Positions 44,254 through 53,257 of a stretch of 64,000 nucleotides of DNA are shown piece after piece. Within the stretch, counting starts at the first letter, position 1, and each line of letters opens with the position of its first letter. Origin of the DNA: Candidatus Multivorans sp. (GTDB lineage: Bacteria; Acidobacteriota; Thermoanaerobaculia; Multivoradales; Multivoraceae); contig OZ242353.1 in assembly GCA_965208755.1 (NCBI GenBank), positions 1,427,772-1,491,771 on the forward strand, given 5' to 3'. Made by a program: the position numbers and the translations under genes. The notes under the pieces were generated by a model, which saw only the letters and a list, made by a program, of their open reading frames with translations, ran no database searches and was not told the origin of the DNA.

Positions 44254-45530
44254 CACTGCTGTCCCACAAACCGGGTTGAGAAAAGGGCCTGAGTCGTCCG
44301 GTGCTGTAAGGTTGGTCTTGGTCGAAAGTCCAACTACAGCAAGGAGATCCAGGCTCATGGCGCATCATAACACCGTGCTCGGACAGTTGCTCAGGCTGGT
44401 GTCGAGACATGAGTTCGAGCGGGACGCCCGGAGGCATCACAAGGGGAGGAAGCTCCGTTCCATGAGCCGGTGGAGCCAGTTCGCGGCGATGGCGATGGCG
44501 CAGTTGTCGGGGCGGTGCAGCCTGCGGGACGTCGTCTCGAATCTGGAAGCCCAGAGACGGAAGCTCTACCATCTCGGCGTCGGTCGGGTCGCGCGGTCCT
44601 CTCTGGCGCGGGTGAACGAGGAGCAGCCTCACGAGCTCTTCGAGTTGCAGTTCAAGCGCCTTCTGGACCGCTGCCGAGGCTTGGCGCCCGGCCACGGGTT
44701 CCGGTTCAAGAATCCGCTCGTGTCCCTGGACGCGACGTACATCGACCTGTGCCTCTCGTTGTTTCCCTGGGCGAAGTACGGCAAGAGCAAAGGGGCGATC
44801 AAGGTCCACGTCGGTCTCGACCACGGCGGGAATCTGCCGTCCTTCCTGAGCGTGACGGACGGGAAGGGGTCCGACATCGACGTGGCGCGGACGCTGCGCT
44901 TGCCAGTGGGGAGCATCGTCGCCGCGGACCGGTTGTACCAGGACTTCAGTTGGTTGAGATCCCTTGACGAGCAAGGGGTTTTCCTGGTCACGCGGCTCAA
45001 GCGGGGAGTCCGGTACGCGGTGCGGGAGCGCCGCTCGTACGCGCCCGGCCGCGGCGTGACCTCGGACCAGCTGATCGAGCTGACGAGCAGGAAGGGCCGG
45101 AAGGACTGCCCGATTCCGCTGCGGAGGGTCGGCTATCGCGACGCCGCGACCGGCAAGCACTACGTGTTCCTCACCAACAACTTCGCGCTCGCGCCGAGGA
45201 CCATCGCGGACATCTACAAGGCGCGCTGGCAGGTCGAGCTCTTCTTCAAGTGGATCAAGCATAACCTCCGGATCAAGAGCTTCCTCGGCACTTCCCGCAA
45301 CGCCGTGCTGACGCAGATCTGGATCGCCATGTGCGTCCACCTCCTCCTCGCCTACCTGAAATTCTCCAATCGCCTCAAGTGGACGCTCAGCGAGATCCTC
45401 CGTCTGCTCCAACTGAATCTCTTCGAACGACGCCCACTCAATGACCTGTTACAGACACAACGCGACCCGCCGCGCCCGAGAAACGATCAACTGCAACTCG
45501 CCCTGCCCTGAAGTTTGTGGGACAGCAGTG
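44254..45530 (+). mobile_element. IS4-family insertion sequence (1277 bp) with 18-bp perfect terminal inverted repeats and 9-bp target-site duplication
   Basis: Left inverted repeat 'cactgctgtcccacaaac' (44254-44271) equals the reverse complement of 45513-45530. Direct repeats 'tgttcgaac' at 44245-44253 and 45531-45539. Confidence 0.8.
44357..45511 (+). CDS. IS4-family DDE transposase
   Basis: 384 aa; ATG preceded by AAGGAG; C-terminal 'YKARWQVELFFKWIKHNL' (Y-x2-R-x3-E-x6-K signature of the IS4 family). Confidence 0.8.
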   Translation: MAHHNTVLGQLLRLVSRHEFERDARRHHKGRKLRSMSRWSQFAAMAMAQLSGRCSLRDVVSNLEAQRRKLYHLGVGRVARSSLARVNEEQPHELFELQFKRLLDRCRGLAPGHGFRFKNPLVSLDATYIDLCLSLFPWAKYGKSKGAIKVHVGLDHGGNLPSFLSVTDGKGSDIDVARTLRLPVGSIVAADRLYQDFSWLRSLDEQGVFLVTRLKRGVRYAVRERRSYAPGRGVTSDQLIELTSRKGRKDCPIPLRRVGYRDAATGKHYVFLTNNFALAPRTIADIYKARWQVELFFKWIKHNLRIKSFLGTSRNAVLTQIWIAMCVHLLLAYLKFSNRLKWTLSEILRLLQLNLFERRPLNDLLQTQRDPPRPRNDQLQLALP

Positions 45531-46987
45531 TGTTCGAACGGACGCCGCTTGCCGGAAAGTGCGCCATCGTGACCTCCTATCGACCGCAAGCCGCCGACAT
45601 CAAGGGCGAGGACGCAGGCGAAGGGCAGAACGAACGCCTGCTGAAGTACGACGTCTACCGGGCGATGCTCGCGACCCACTTCGACCAGCCCGAAGACCAG
45701 GCAATGCACCGGATCGAGGAGTTCGAGAAACAGGTGAAGAAGCGCTTCGTCAAGGCGCCGGGCCAGATGAAGCTGCTCATCGTGGTCGACAAGTTGCTCA
45801 CGGGCTTCGACGCCCCGTCCGCGACCTACCTCTACCTCGACAAGCAGATGCGAGACCACGGACTATTCCAGGCGATCTGCCGCGTGAACCGGCTGGACGG
45901 CGAAGACAAGGAGTACGGCTACGTTGTCGACTACAAGGACCTCTTCGGATCGTTGGAGAAAGCAGTCGGGGACTACACCGGCGAGGCCTTCGCGGGCTAC
46001 GACGCGGAGGATGTCCAGGGACTCCTCAAGAGCCGGTTGAGACTGGGACGCGAGCGACTGGAGGAAGCGCGCGAAGCGGTCGAGGCGCTGTGCGAGGGCG
46101 TCGAGCCTCCCCGCGACACTGCCGCCTACATTCGTTTTTTCTGCGGTTCGGGCACCCCCGGAGCCGAGCAACAGGTGGAACGCGAACGGAAGCGCCTGAC
46201 GCTCTATCGCCTCGTCGCCGCCTACGTTCGCGCATGGGCGAACCTGGCCAACGAGATCGCGGAAGCCGGCTACACGGAAACCGAAGCGGCGAAGATCCGG
46301 CAAAGCGCGAACCACTACGAGAAGGTCCGTCAGGAAGTGAAGCTCGCTAGCGGCGACTACGTCGAACTGAAGACGTTCGAGCCGGCGATGCGTCACCTGC
46401 TGGACGCCTACGTTCGTGCTGGAGAAAGCGAGAAGATCTCCGCCTTCGACGACCTGGGCGTCGTCCAGATGCTCGTCGAGCGCGGCGAAGAGGCCATCGG
46501 GGCTCTGCCCGAGGGGATACGCAGCAGCCCGGAAGCGGTCGCCGAGACGATCGAGAACAACGTGCGGCGGATCATCGTGGACGAAACGGCGGTCAACCCG
46601 AAGTACTACGAGAAGATGTCGACCCTTCTGGATGACCTCGTCGAGGAGCGCCGCCGGCAGGCACTCGCGTACCGGGAGTATCTGGAGAGGGTCCGCGACC
46701 TGGCCGAGCACATGCTCGGCGGCGGCGATGGGGTCTATCCGCCGGCCATCGACACCCTTCCGTTGAAGGCGCTGTACGACAACCTGGGCGGCGACAACGA
46801 CGAACTCCGGGAGGCGGCAGCGATCCGGATCGACCAGTGCGTTCGCAACGCCGCGGAGGCGGACTGGCGCGGCAACGTGATGAAGGAACGCAAAGTCCAG
46901 ATAGCGATCCTGGAGGCGCTCGGCGATCCGACCGACGACCGCGCAGCCGATCTCCTGAAACTGGTGAAGGCGCAGCGTGAGTACTAG
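45531..46987 (+). pseudogene. hsdR: hsdR C-terminal fragment (helicase C-terminal domain and C-terminal helical domain)
   Basis: 'LLIVVDKLLTGFDAPSATYLYLDKQMRDHGLFQAICRVNRL' (helicase motifs V-VI). Joining 44244 to 45540 while keeping one target-duplication copy restores a continuous frame '..FFEMFERTPLAGK..'. Confidence 0.8.
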
Positions 46988-47726
46988 CCACGCCAATCTC
47001 GAACTCGGCCACACGGGAATCGAGGTCGCCGGTATCCACGTCGACGTGCTTCGCAAGAGCATCAAGCACCTCCACTTGACGGTTCGCCCGCCGGACGGCC
47101 GGGTCCGCGTCTCGGCGCCGGCCCACCTGGACGACGACGTCGTGCGGGCCGCAGTCGCTTCTCGTCTGGGCTGGATTCGCCGCAAGCAGGCGGCCTTCCA
47201 GAGGCAGGCGCGCCAGTCGCAGCGGGAACTTGTCACCGGCGAGAGCCACTGGTTCCAGGGCGCCCGGTACCGGCTCGACGTGACCGAAGAACATGCCCGG
47301 CCTCGGGTGCGCCTCGCCGGTGGCCGCAGGCTCGAACTCCGAGTTCGCCCGGGGAGCGACTGGCACGTCCGCGCAGCCACCCTCGAACGCTGGTATCGCG
47401 GTCAGCTCAGGGCACAGGTGCGGCCGCTGCTCGACAAGTGGGAACCGCGGGTCGGACGCACCGTGGTCGAAGTCCGCATCCGTCGGATGAAGACGCTCTG
47501 GGGAAGCTGCAATCCGAAGGCCCGACGCATCTGGCTGAACCTGGAGCTCGCCAAGAAACCGCCGCGTTGCGTGGAGTACGTCCTTGTCCACGAGATGGTC
47601 CACTTCTTCGAGCGGAGTCACAACGAGCAGTTCATGGAGCGGATGGACGCGCTGCTGCCGCACTGGCGAAGTCTGCGCGAGGAACTCAATCGCGAACCGC
47701 TGGCCCACGAGAACTGGAGCTACTGA
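46977..47726 (+). CDS. DUF45/YgjP-like M48-type zinc metallopeptidase, commonly linked to hsdR
   Basis: 'VLVHEMVHFFERSHNEQF' (HExxH); GTG start overlapping the hsdR stop. Confidence 0.65.
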   Translation: MSTSHANLELGHTGIEVAGIHVDVLRKSIKHLHLTVRPPDGRVRVSAPAHLDDDVVRAAVASRLGWIRRKQAAFQRQARQSQRELVTGESHWFQGARYRLDVTEEHARPRVRLAGGRRLELRVRPGSDWHVRAATLERWYRGQLRAQVRPLLDKWEPRVGRTVVEVRIRRMKTLWGSCNPKARRIWLNLELAKKPPRCVEYVLVHEMVHFFERSHNEQFMERMDALLPHWRSLREELNREPLAHENWSY

Positions 47727-48204
47727 CTGCTCAACAATCCTCGCGGCCCGGATCTCCTGGCCGACCTGCAGGCCCTGGCTAGTCGGGCGCACGGCCTCCA
47801 CGGGTCTCTCACCAACCGTAGCAACTGAGCCCATGGCGCAAAAACTTCGACGGCTTCACGCAGGGAAGTCCCGCATCGTTCGGGAGCTCTTCATCGATAC
47901 AGCGGACGACAACTACATCACTGCCCGTTGGTGTTTCGCGGAAGGGATGAATATCGACTACTCTTGGCTCGCCGTTCACACGCTTGAAAAGTACATGAAA
48001 GCGGCTCTGCTGTTGAACGGGAGATCAGGCAAACGCGGCCGCGACGAGGATGGGAACTGCAGGTGCATTGGTCATGACATCAGGCTTCTCTATAAGAACA
48101 TCGAGCGCATTTCTTCGGAGCTCCTGCCGGCCAGACTAGAGCAGCCGGCAGAACTCAGGGTCGATTCTTGGCGTGACGAAACGCCCGCCGGCTTTCTTGA
48201 GAGG

Positions 48205-49541
48205 TGCTTCAGGTTTGTGTGTGGGCACGGAGTGACTCGGGCGCCATGTCGAGTCCGCCGAGATGGAAGTAGATGGCGAGGCGGAAGTGCTCTCGATTTC
48301 GATAGCCGTTCGCTCTTCGCTTGATTTTCTGGATCGTCGCGTTGATCCCCTCGGCGTTGGCGTTGGAGATACCGGACACGGCGGCGTTGATGACGGCGTC
48401 CCAGTGGCCCCTGATCATCCTGGCCACTTTCCTGATCGGTTCCAGCCGACTGCGGATCGCCCAGTCGTACCAGTTCTGCCAGCGCCGCTCGGCCCAGCCG
48501 CGGCGCGCGTAGCCCCACGAGTCCCGCGCCATCTCCTTGATCGCCCAGGCCCGCGCCACGCGAAGGTGACTCGCGCGAAGAGCAGCGAAGCGCCGCTGCT
48601 GCGGGCGGGTCATTCGCCCACTCCCCATCAACCACAGGTAGCGGCTCCGCTTCAGACCCGGGTCCCCTGCTTCGAGCAACTCCCGCTGCTCGGCGCGTCG
48701 AACCAGGTCCACGGCGTGATTCAGGTGCGCGACGATGTGGAATCGGTCATGAACGATGGCCGCGTCCGTGTACTTCTCCACCGAGGAAATGTAGGCCGGC
48801 CACATGTCCATCGCCACCTGCTCGATGCCAGCGCAGCCCGTCTCGCCCAACTCCTCGAAGTAGCCGTCAATGGCGGCCCGGCCACGACCGTCGGCCACGT
48901 GAGTCACCACGCCGCGCTCCAGATCGTTGACCACCGTCACGTACTCGTGGCGCCGCCGAAACGACGTCTCGTCCACGCCCAGCAACCGAGGCGGCTCCAA
49001 CTGGCGCCGCGCGAGACCCCGCTCCACCGCGCGACGCTGAATCCCCGCCGCCTGATCCCAACTCAGACCCATGCGGCGCGCCACCGCGTGAACGCTCGCC
49101 TCGCGAAGCCATTCGATGGCCTCTGCCTCGAACAGCGCCGTGAACCGCGAACTCTCGTCCGCCCAAGGCACCTTCAACTGGTGGACGCCATGCTCCGAGC
49201 AGAGCACCCGAGGAACCTCCGCGTGAACCCGCGTCTGGTGCTGCATCGTGTCCAGATGACGCCAGCGGCGATGCCGGCTGTCGTAGCCCGGACAAGCCAC
49301 GCCGCACTCCGGGCAGAGAGCCTCCCCATTGTGCTCGACGTGGATCTCCACCGTCCCGCCTACCACCGGACCGCGACGGCGAGGATGCGGCTCGTCCATC
49401 CGAAGCACCACCGCACGCACACGCCAAGGCGGCTTGATACCCAACAACCTCTCGAACGTCCTGGCACTCTTCATCCCGCCAGTCTAAACCCGCAAGCCAG
49501 CCACCAAACCCGCAACCACCCACACAACAGCCTGAAGACCC
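48205..49541 (-). mobile_element. ISL3-family insertion sequence (about 1.34 kb) with imperfect terminal inverted repeats and 8-10-bp target duplication
   Basis: Inverted repeats 'tgcttcaggtttgtgtgtgggc' (48205-) and the reverse complement of 'cccacacaacagcctgaagac' (-49539). Direct repeats 't(c)ttgagagg' at 48195-48204 and 49542-49551. Confidence 0.65.
48209..49474 (-). CDS. ISL3-family transposase
   Basis: 421 aa; N-terminal zinc-finger-like 'CPECGVACPGYDSRHRRWRH'; DDE region 'LLGVDETSFRRRHEYVTVV', 'IEQVAMDMWPAY'; C-terminal 'NAEGINATIQKIKRRANGYRNREHF'. Confidence 0.8.
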   Translation of the reverse strand: MKSARTFERLLGIKPPWRVRAVVLRMDEPHPRRRGPVVGGTVEIHVEHNGEALCPECGVACPGYDSRHRRWRHLDTMQHQTRVHAEVPRVLCSEHGVHQLKVPWADESSRFTALFEAEAIEWLREASVHAVARRMGLSWDQAAGIQRRAVERGLARRQLEPPRLLGVDETSFRRRHEYVTVVNDLERGVVTHVADGRGRAAIDGYFEELGETGCAGIEQVAMDMWPAYISSVEKYTDAAIVHDRFHIVAHLNHAVDLVRRAEQRELLEAGDPGLKRSRYLWLMGSGRMTRPQQRRFAALRASHLRVARAWAIKEMARDSWGYARRGWAERRWQNWYDWAIRSRLEPIRKVARMIRGHWDAVINAAVSGISNANAEGINATIQKIKRRANGYRNREHFRLAIYFHLGGLDMAPESLRAHTQT

Positions 49542-50154
49542 TCTTGAGAGGCTCTATCGTACCGGCAACGCCCACAACCGATACCAGATCTTCGGCTTCT
49601 TGCGCCACCAGGAGGATCTCTTCAAGCTTGATGCGATGGCCTTCGCATTGCGCCGGCTTTGTGTGCCGCTGGATGCTCACTTCCTGGGCAGGCGGCGGCC
49701 GGGCAGGAGGAACCAGACGCATCGCGAAGTGCTGATCGAGGAACCAAGAACGTGGGTCGTGTCCTTGGACTGCAATCTCGAAAGAACGGTGAATGGCAAT
49801 CGCGGCGAACAGCTACGTGACGTCCTTCTGAACCTCAACGTGCCCTTCGGTCCTAGTGATTTTTCTCATCGCGATATGCCAAGCGTGATGGCTTGGCGTG
49901 GCTCTGTCATCGGGCGCTTGATTCTGAAACCGCTCGAGCAGGCGTCGACTAGCGACGAGGCAGCGCACGCGGTGGAACTCTGCGCTTGGTCGCTCCAGAA
50001 CATCGTCCTTCCTCGCGAGGTGAGGAAGCAACTTCGGGAAGCCCTCGGTCCGCAGGCAGCGTCTAGCAGCTAGGGCCTGTTCACACTAGCAGGTAAATCC
50101 GTGTATCCTCCGTTGCGTCGTCTTGAACGTCGTAAACGGAGGAGGATCAAGGAC

Positions 50155-50918
50155 ATGGAACTCACGGAGGAGCAGTACGAGCGGATCGCGCCGCTGCTTC
50201 CGAGGCAGCGGGGCAACGTGAGACTCCCGAATCTGCAAGTGCTCAACGCGATTTTGTACGTGGCGGAGCACGGCTGCAAGTGGCGGGGGCTTCCGAAACG
50301 GTTCGGCAACTGGCACACCGTCTACGTGCGGATGAATCGTTGGGCGAAGAGCGGTGTGCTGGACCGCGTGTTCGAGTACCTGCAGCGAGAGCAGATCATC
50401 CGCATCAAGGTGGAAGCGCTGGGACTGGACAGCACCAGCGTGAAGGTCCACCCGGACGGCACGGGCGCAGAAAAAAAAACGGCCCGCAAGCGATCGGCAA
50501 GTCGCGTGGCGGCTGGACCACCAAGATTCATCTGGTTGCCGCGAATGCTCGAACGGCAGTCGCCTTCTCTCTCTCCCCCGGCCAAGCGCACGACGCGCCG
50601 CAGGGCCGCGAGCTCCTGAGAAGCATGGCGGCGGAACAGCCGACAGCCAATCTGGCGCTGGTGATGGACCGCGCGTACGAGGACGACGCAACCCGCCAGT
50701 TGGCCCTGGACTTGGGCTTTGTGCCGGTCGTGCCGCCGAAGAGCAACCGTCTCAACCCCTGGGAGTACGATCGGGAGATGTACAAGCGGCGCAACGAGGT
50801 CGAGCGCCTCTTCCGTCGCCTGAAGGGGTTTCGTCGTATCTTCTCTCGATTCGAGAAACTCGACGTGATCTTCCTCGGCTTCGTCGTCTTCGTGCTCATC
50901 GTCGATGCGCTGAGATAG
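50155..50918 (+). CDS. IS5/IS427-group transposase produced as two overlapping frames (orfA 50155-about 50480; orfB in the -1 frame to 50918), joined by programmed -1 frameshift
   Basis: orfA 'MELTEEQYERIAPLLP..' (HTH); orfB 'LVMDRAYEDD..NEVERLFRRLKGFRRI' (DDE). The frames overlap at an A9 run. Confidence 0.75.
50471..50479 (+). other. A9 slippery run: candidate programmed -1 ribosomal frameshift site of the IS427-group transposase
   Basis: 'gcagaaaaaaaaacggcc' lies at the orfA/orfB overlap; orfB is in the -1 frame relative to orfA. Confidence 0.5.
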
Positions 50919-51102
50919 TGTGAACAGGCCCTAGCTCACTTGGGCCTCGGAGTAGCCGAAGAGCCCGGGCCCGGACGGGTGTCGGCGGAGAGGCGACAGC
51001 CAGCGTCCGAGGCCGGGAAGCGCAGTCGCCGCCAGAGTCAGGACTAGGCCGGTATGATCCGTCGTCGGCCTCGCGGTCCGGCGAGGTGAGGTTCGAGCTG
51101 GC

Positions 51103-52563
51103 ATGAACGACTCCGAATCAAACACGACCGACACTCTCATCACCGAACTGCAAGCCGCAGTGGGCGAGGACGTGGTCCTCACCGGCGAGGCGGTCACGGC
51201 TCGGGCTGGCGACGGCTCGGGCACCGTTCCATGCGCGGCCCGGGCGGTGCTTCGGCCACGCACGACGGAGCAGCTCTCGGCAGCCTTGGCGGTCTGCCAT
51301 CGCGCCAACCAGCCGGTGGTGCCGCAGGGCGGGCTGACCGGTCTCGTCGGCGGCGGTGTCGCCGGTGATCTGGAGGTCGCCATTACCCTGGAACGGATGA
51401 CCGCGATCGAAGAGATCGATCCCGTTGGCCGGACGATGACGGTCCAGGCGGGGGCGGCGCTGCAGAGTATTCAGGAGGCCGCCGAAGCGGAGGGTCTGCT
51501 CTTCCCGCTCGACCTCGGCGCCCGCGGCTCCTGCACGATCGGCGGCAACGTCGCCACGAACGCCGGAGGCAACCGGACGATCCGCTACGGCATGACCCGC
51601 GATTCGGTGCTCGGCCTGGAGGCCGTGCTCGCCGACGGCACGGTGCTCTCGAGTCTGAACAAGATGGTCAAGAACAACGCGGGCTATGACCTGAAACACC
51701 TCTTCGTCGGTTCCGAGGGCACCCTGGGAATCGTCACCCGCGTCGTCCTGCGCCTGGAGCGGCGGCCCCGCAGCCACGACTGCGCTCTGCTGGCGGTTCC
51801 GGGGTTCACCGAAGTAGTCGAGTTGTTGCGCCGGCTGGAAGAGGAGATCGGCGGCTCGATGAGCGCCTTCGAGGTCATGTGGCGCGAGTTCTACGAGCTG
51901 GTGACGGGACCACAGGCGAGGACGGCACCCCCGATTCCGCACGGCGACCCCTACTACGTGCTGGTCGAGTCGCTCGGTACGCGGCCCGAGCAGGACGCTG
52001 CACAGTTCGAGGAGGCGCTCGGCGAGTGCATGGAGGCCGGTCTGATCGGCGACGCAGTGCTCGGTCGGTCCAAGGTGGAGCGCGACGAGATCTGGGCGCT
52101 GCGCGACGACGTTGAACAGCTCAACCACCTGGCCCCCATCTTCACCTTCGACGTCAGCCTGCGGATCGCCGACATGAAGGCCTACGTAGCGAACATCAAG
52201 ACGGCCCTGGCGGACCGGTGGCCGGACAGCCGGTGCGTGGTCTTCGGCCATCTCGGCGACGGCAACCTTCACGTCGTAGTCTCTGTCGGTGATGGCTCCC
52301 CGGAGGCACGCGTTGGCGTCGAGGAGATCGTCTACGGACACCTTGAGCCGATCAACGGGTCGGTGTCCGCGGAGCACGGCATCGGCTTCGAGAAACGGGC
52401 TCACTTAGGCCGAAGCCGCACGGCGGAGGAGATCGGTCTCATGAAGACTCTGAAGAGGACCCTCGACCCGAAGGGCATCCTCAATCCTGGAAGAGTGTTC
52501 GAAGCGGAGGGCGCGCCCGAAACGCGCACGCCCACGAACGCCAGCGTACGGCTGCCGGGATAG
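51103..52563 (+). CDS. FAD-binding oxidase/dehydrogenase (FAD_binding_4; D-lactate dehydrogenase / GlcD-like)
   Basis: 'VVPQGGLTGLVGGGV' FAD-binding region; 'HLGDGNLHVVV'; 'AEHGIGFEKRAHL'. Confidence 0.7.
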   Translation: MNDSESNTTDTLITELQAAVGEDVVLTGEAVTARAGDGSGTVPCAARAVLRPRTTEQLSAALAVCHRANQPVVPQGGLTGLVGGGVAGDLEVAITLERMTAIEEIDPVGRTMTVQAGAALQSIQEAAEAEGLLFPLDLGARGSCTIGGNVATNAGGNRTIRYGMTRDSVLGLEAVLADGTVLSSLNKMVKNNAGYDLKHLFVGSEGTLGIVTRVVLRLERRPRSHDCALLAVPGFTEVVELLRRLEEEIGGSMSAFEVMWREFYELVTGPQARTAPPIPHGDPYYVLVESLGTRPEQDAAQFEEALGECMEAGLIGDAVLGRSKVERDEIWALRDDVEQLNHLAPIFTFDVSLRIADMKAYVANIKTALADRWPDSRCVVFGHLGDGNLHVVVSVGDGSPEARVGVEEIVYGHLEPINGSVSAEHGIGFEKRAHLGRSRTAEEIGLMKTLKRTLDPKGILNPGRVFEAEGAPETRTPTNASVRLPG

Positions 52564-53257
52564 ACCGGCCTTCCGGCTCACCCGGAGGCCGGCAGAAGCG
52601 CCCGCACACCCTCGGCGACCCGCCCAAATGGGCGAAAGTGCTGCTCGCCCGTCGCGAGCTTGATCGCGAAGCGGTGTACGAAATCAAGTGCTGGGGCGCC
52701 CCGAGCGTGTCTCCGCGCTTCTCCGGCCGCGTGCTAGAGCCGGCCGTCGATACTCCCGACTAGCCGCTACCTCCGCACGGTCAAGTTCTTTTGACTCAGA
52801 CCCCTGCACCAGATAGCGTCGCGCTCGCCGCTCAACCACTGGAGGCCCTAGGTCGCGCCAATCCGTCCGCCCCCGTCAATCCAAGCCCCGCCATCACAGT
52901 CGACCCCGCCACCACCTCTCTGGCTTAGGCCTCTGAACCCAAGTCGCGGAACACGTCAAGGGCCCCGATCTTCCCCTGGGTCCTACTGGCATTCCTGTCG
53001 CGCAGCCGCGGCGGCCACGTGCGCCCTGCTGCCTCGGCCTCTACAACCGTTCACACATCACACGCACTCCTCCAAACCCCTGTAACCCCACCATAGACAA
53101 GCAGCGCCCCAATGCCATCTCCACCCAACGACATCCCCAACCTCTCTTCGAGAAACTCGACAACCGGCTCAGTCTCGACAAGGAAGAGGGCGACCATGCG
53201 TACTTCACTTCGCTCTCACTCAAGCTTGAGTACCTCACTAAGGTCCTAGTCTCCGGA

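Larger units (their letters stand above)
47833..50073 (+). pseudogene. HEPN-like domain protein (about 294 aa when restored) interrupted by an ISL3-family element
   Basis: 'DNYITARWCFAEG...LAVHTLEKYMKAALLL' helix pair and 'RCIGHD' (R-x3/4-H). Left part 47833-48204 and right part 49552-50073 join in frame ('..AGFLER|LYRTGNAH..'). Local GC is about 55%. Confidence 0.45.
50074..50930 (+). mobile_element. IS5-family (IS427-group) insertion sequence, 857 bp, 15-bp perfect terminal inverted repeats, CTAG target duplication
   Basis: Left inverted repeat 'ggcctgttcacacta' (50074-50088) equals the reverse complement of 50916-50930; flanking 'ctag' at 50070-50073 and 50931-50934. Confidence 0.8.

Noticed and set aside
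43778-45511. 577-aa ORF running from inside hsdR into the insertion sequence
   Set aside because: The upstream portion is an alternate frame of hsdR and crosses the IS4 terminal inverted repeat. The transposase starts at the ATG at 44357, which has an AAGGAG ribosome-binding site.
51118-52404. 428-aa minus-strand ORF
   Set aside because: Antisense to the FAD-binding oxidase gene.
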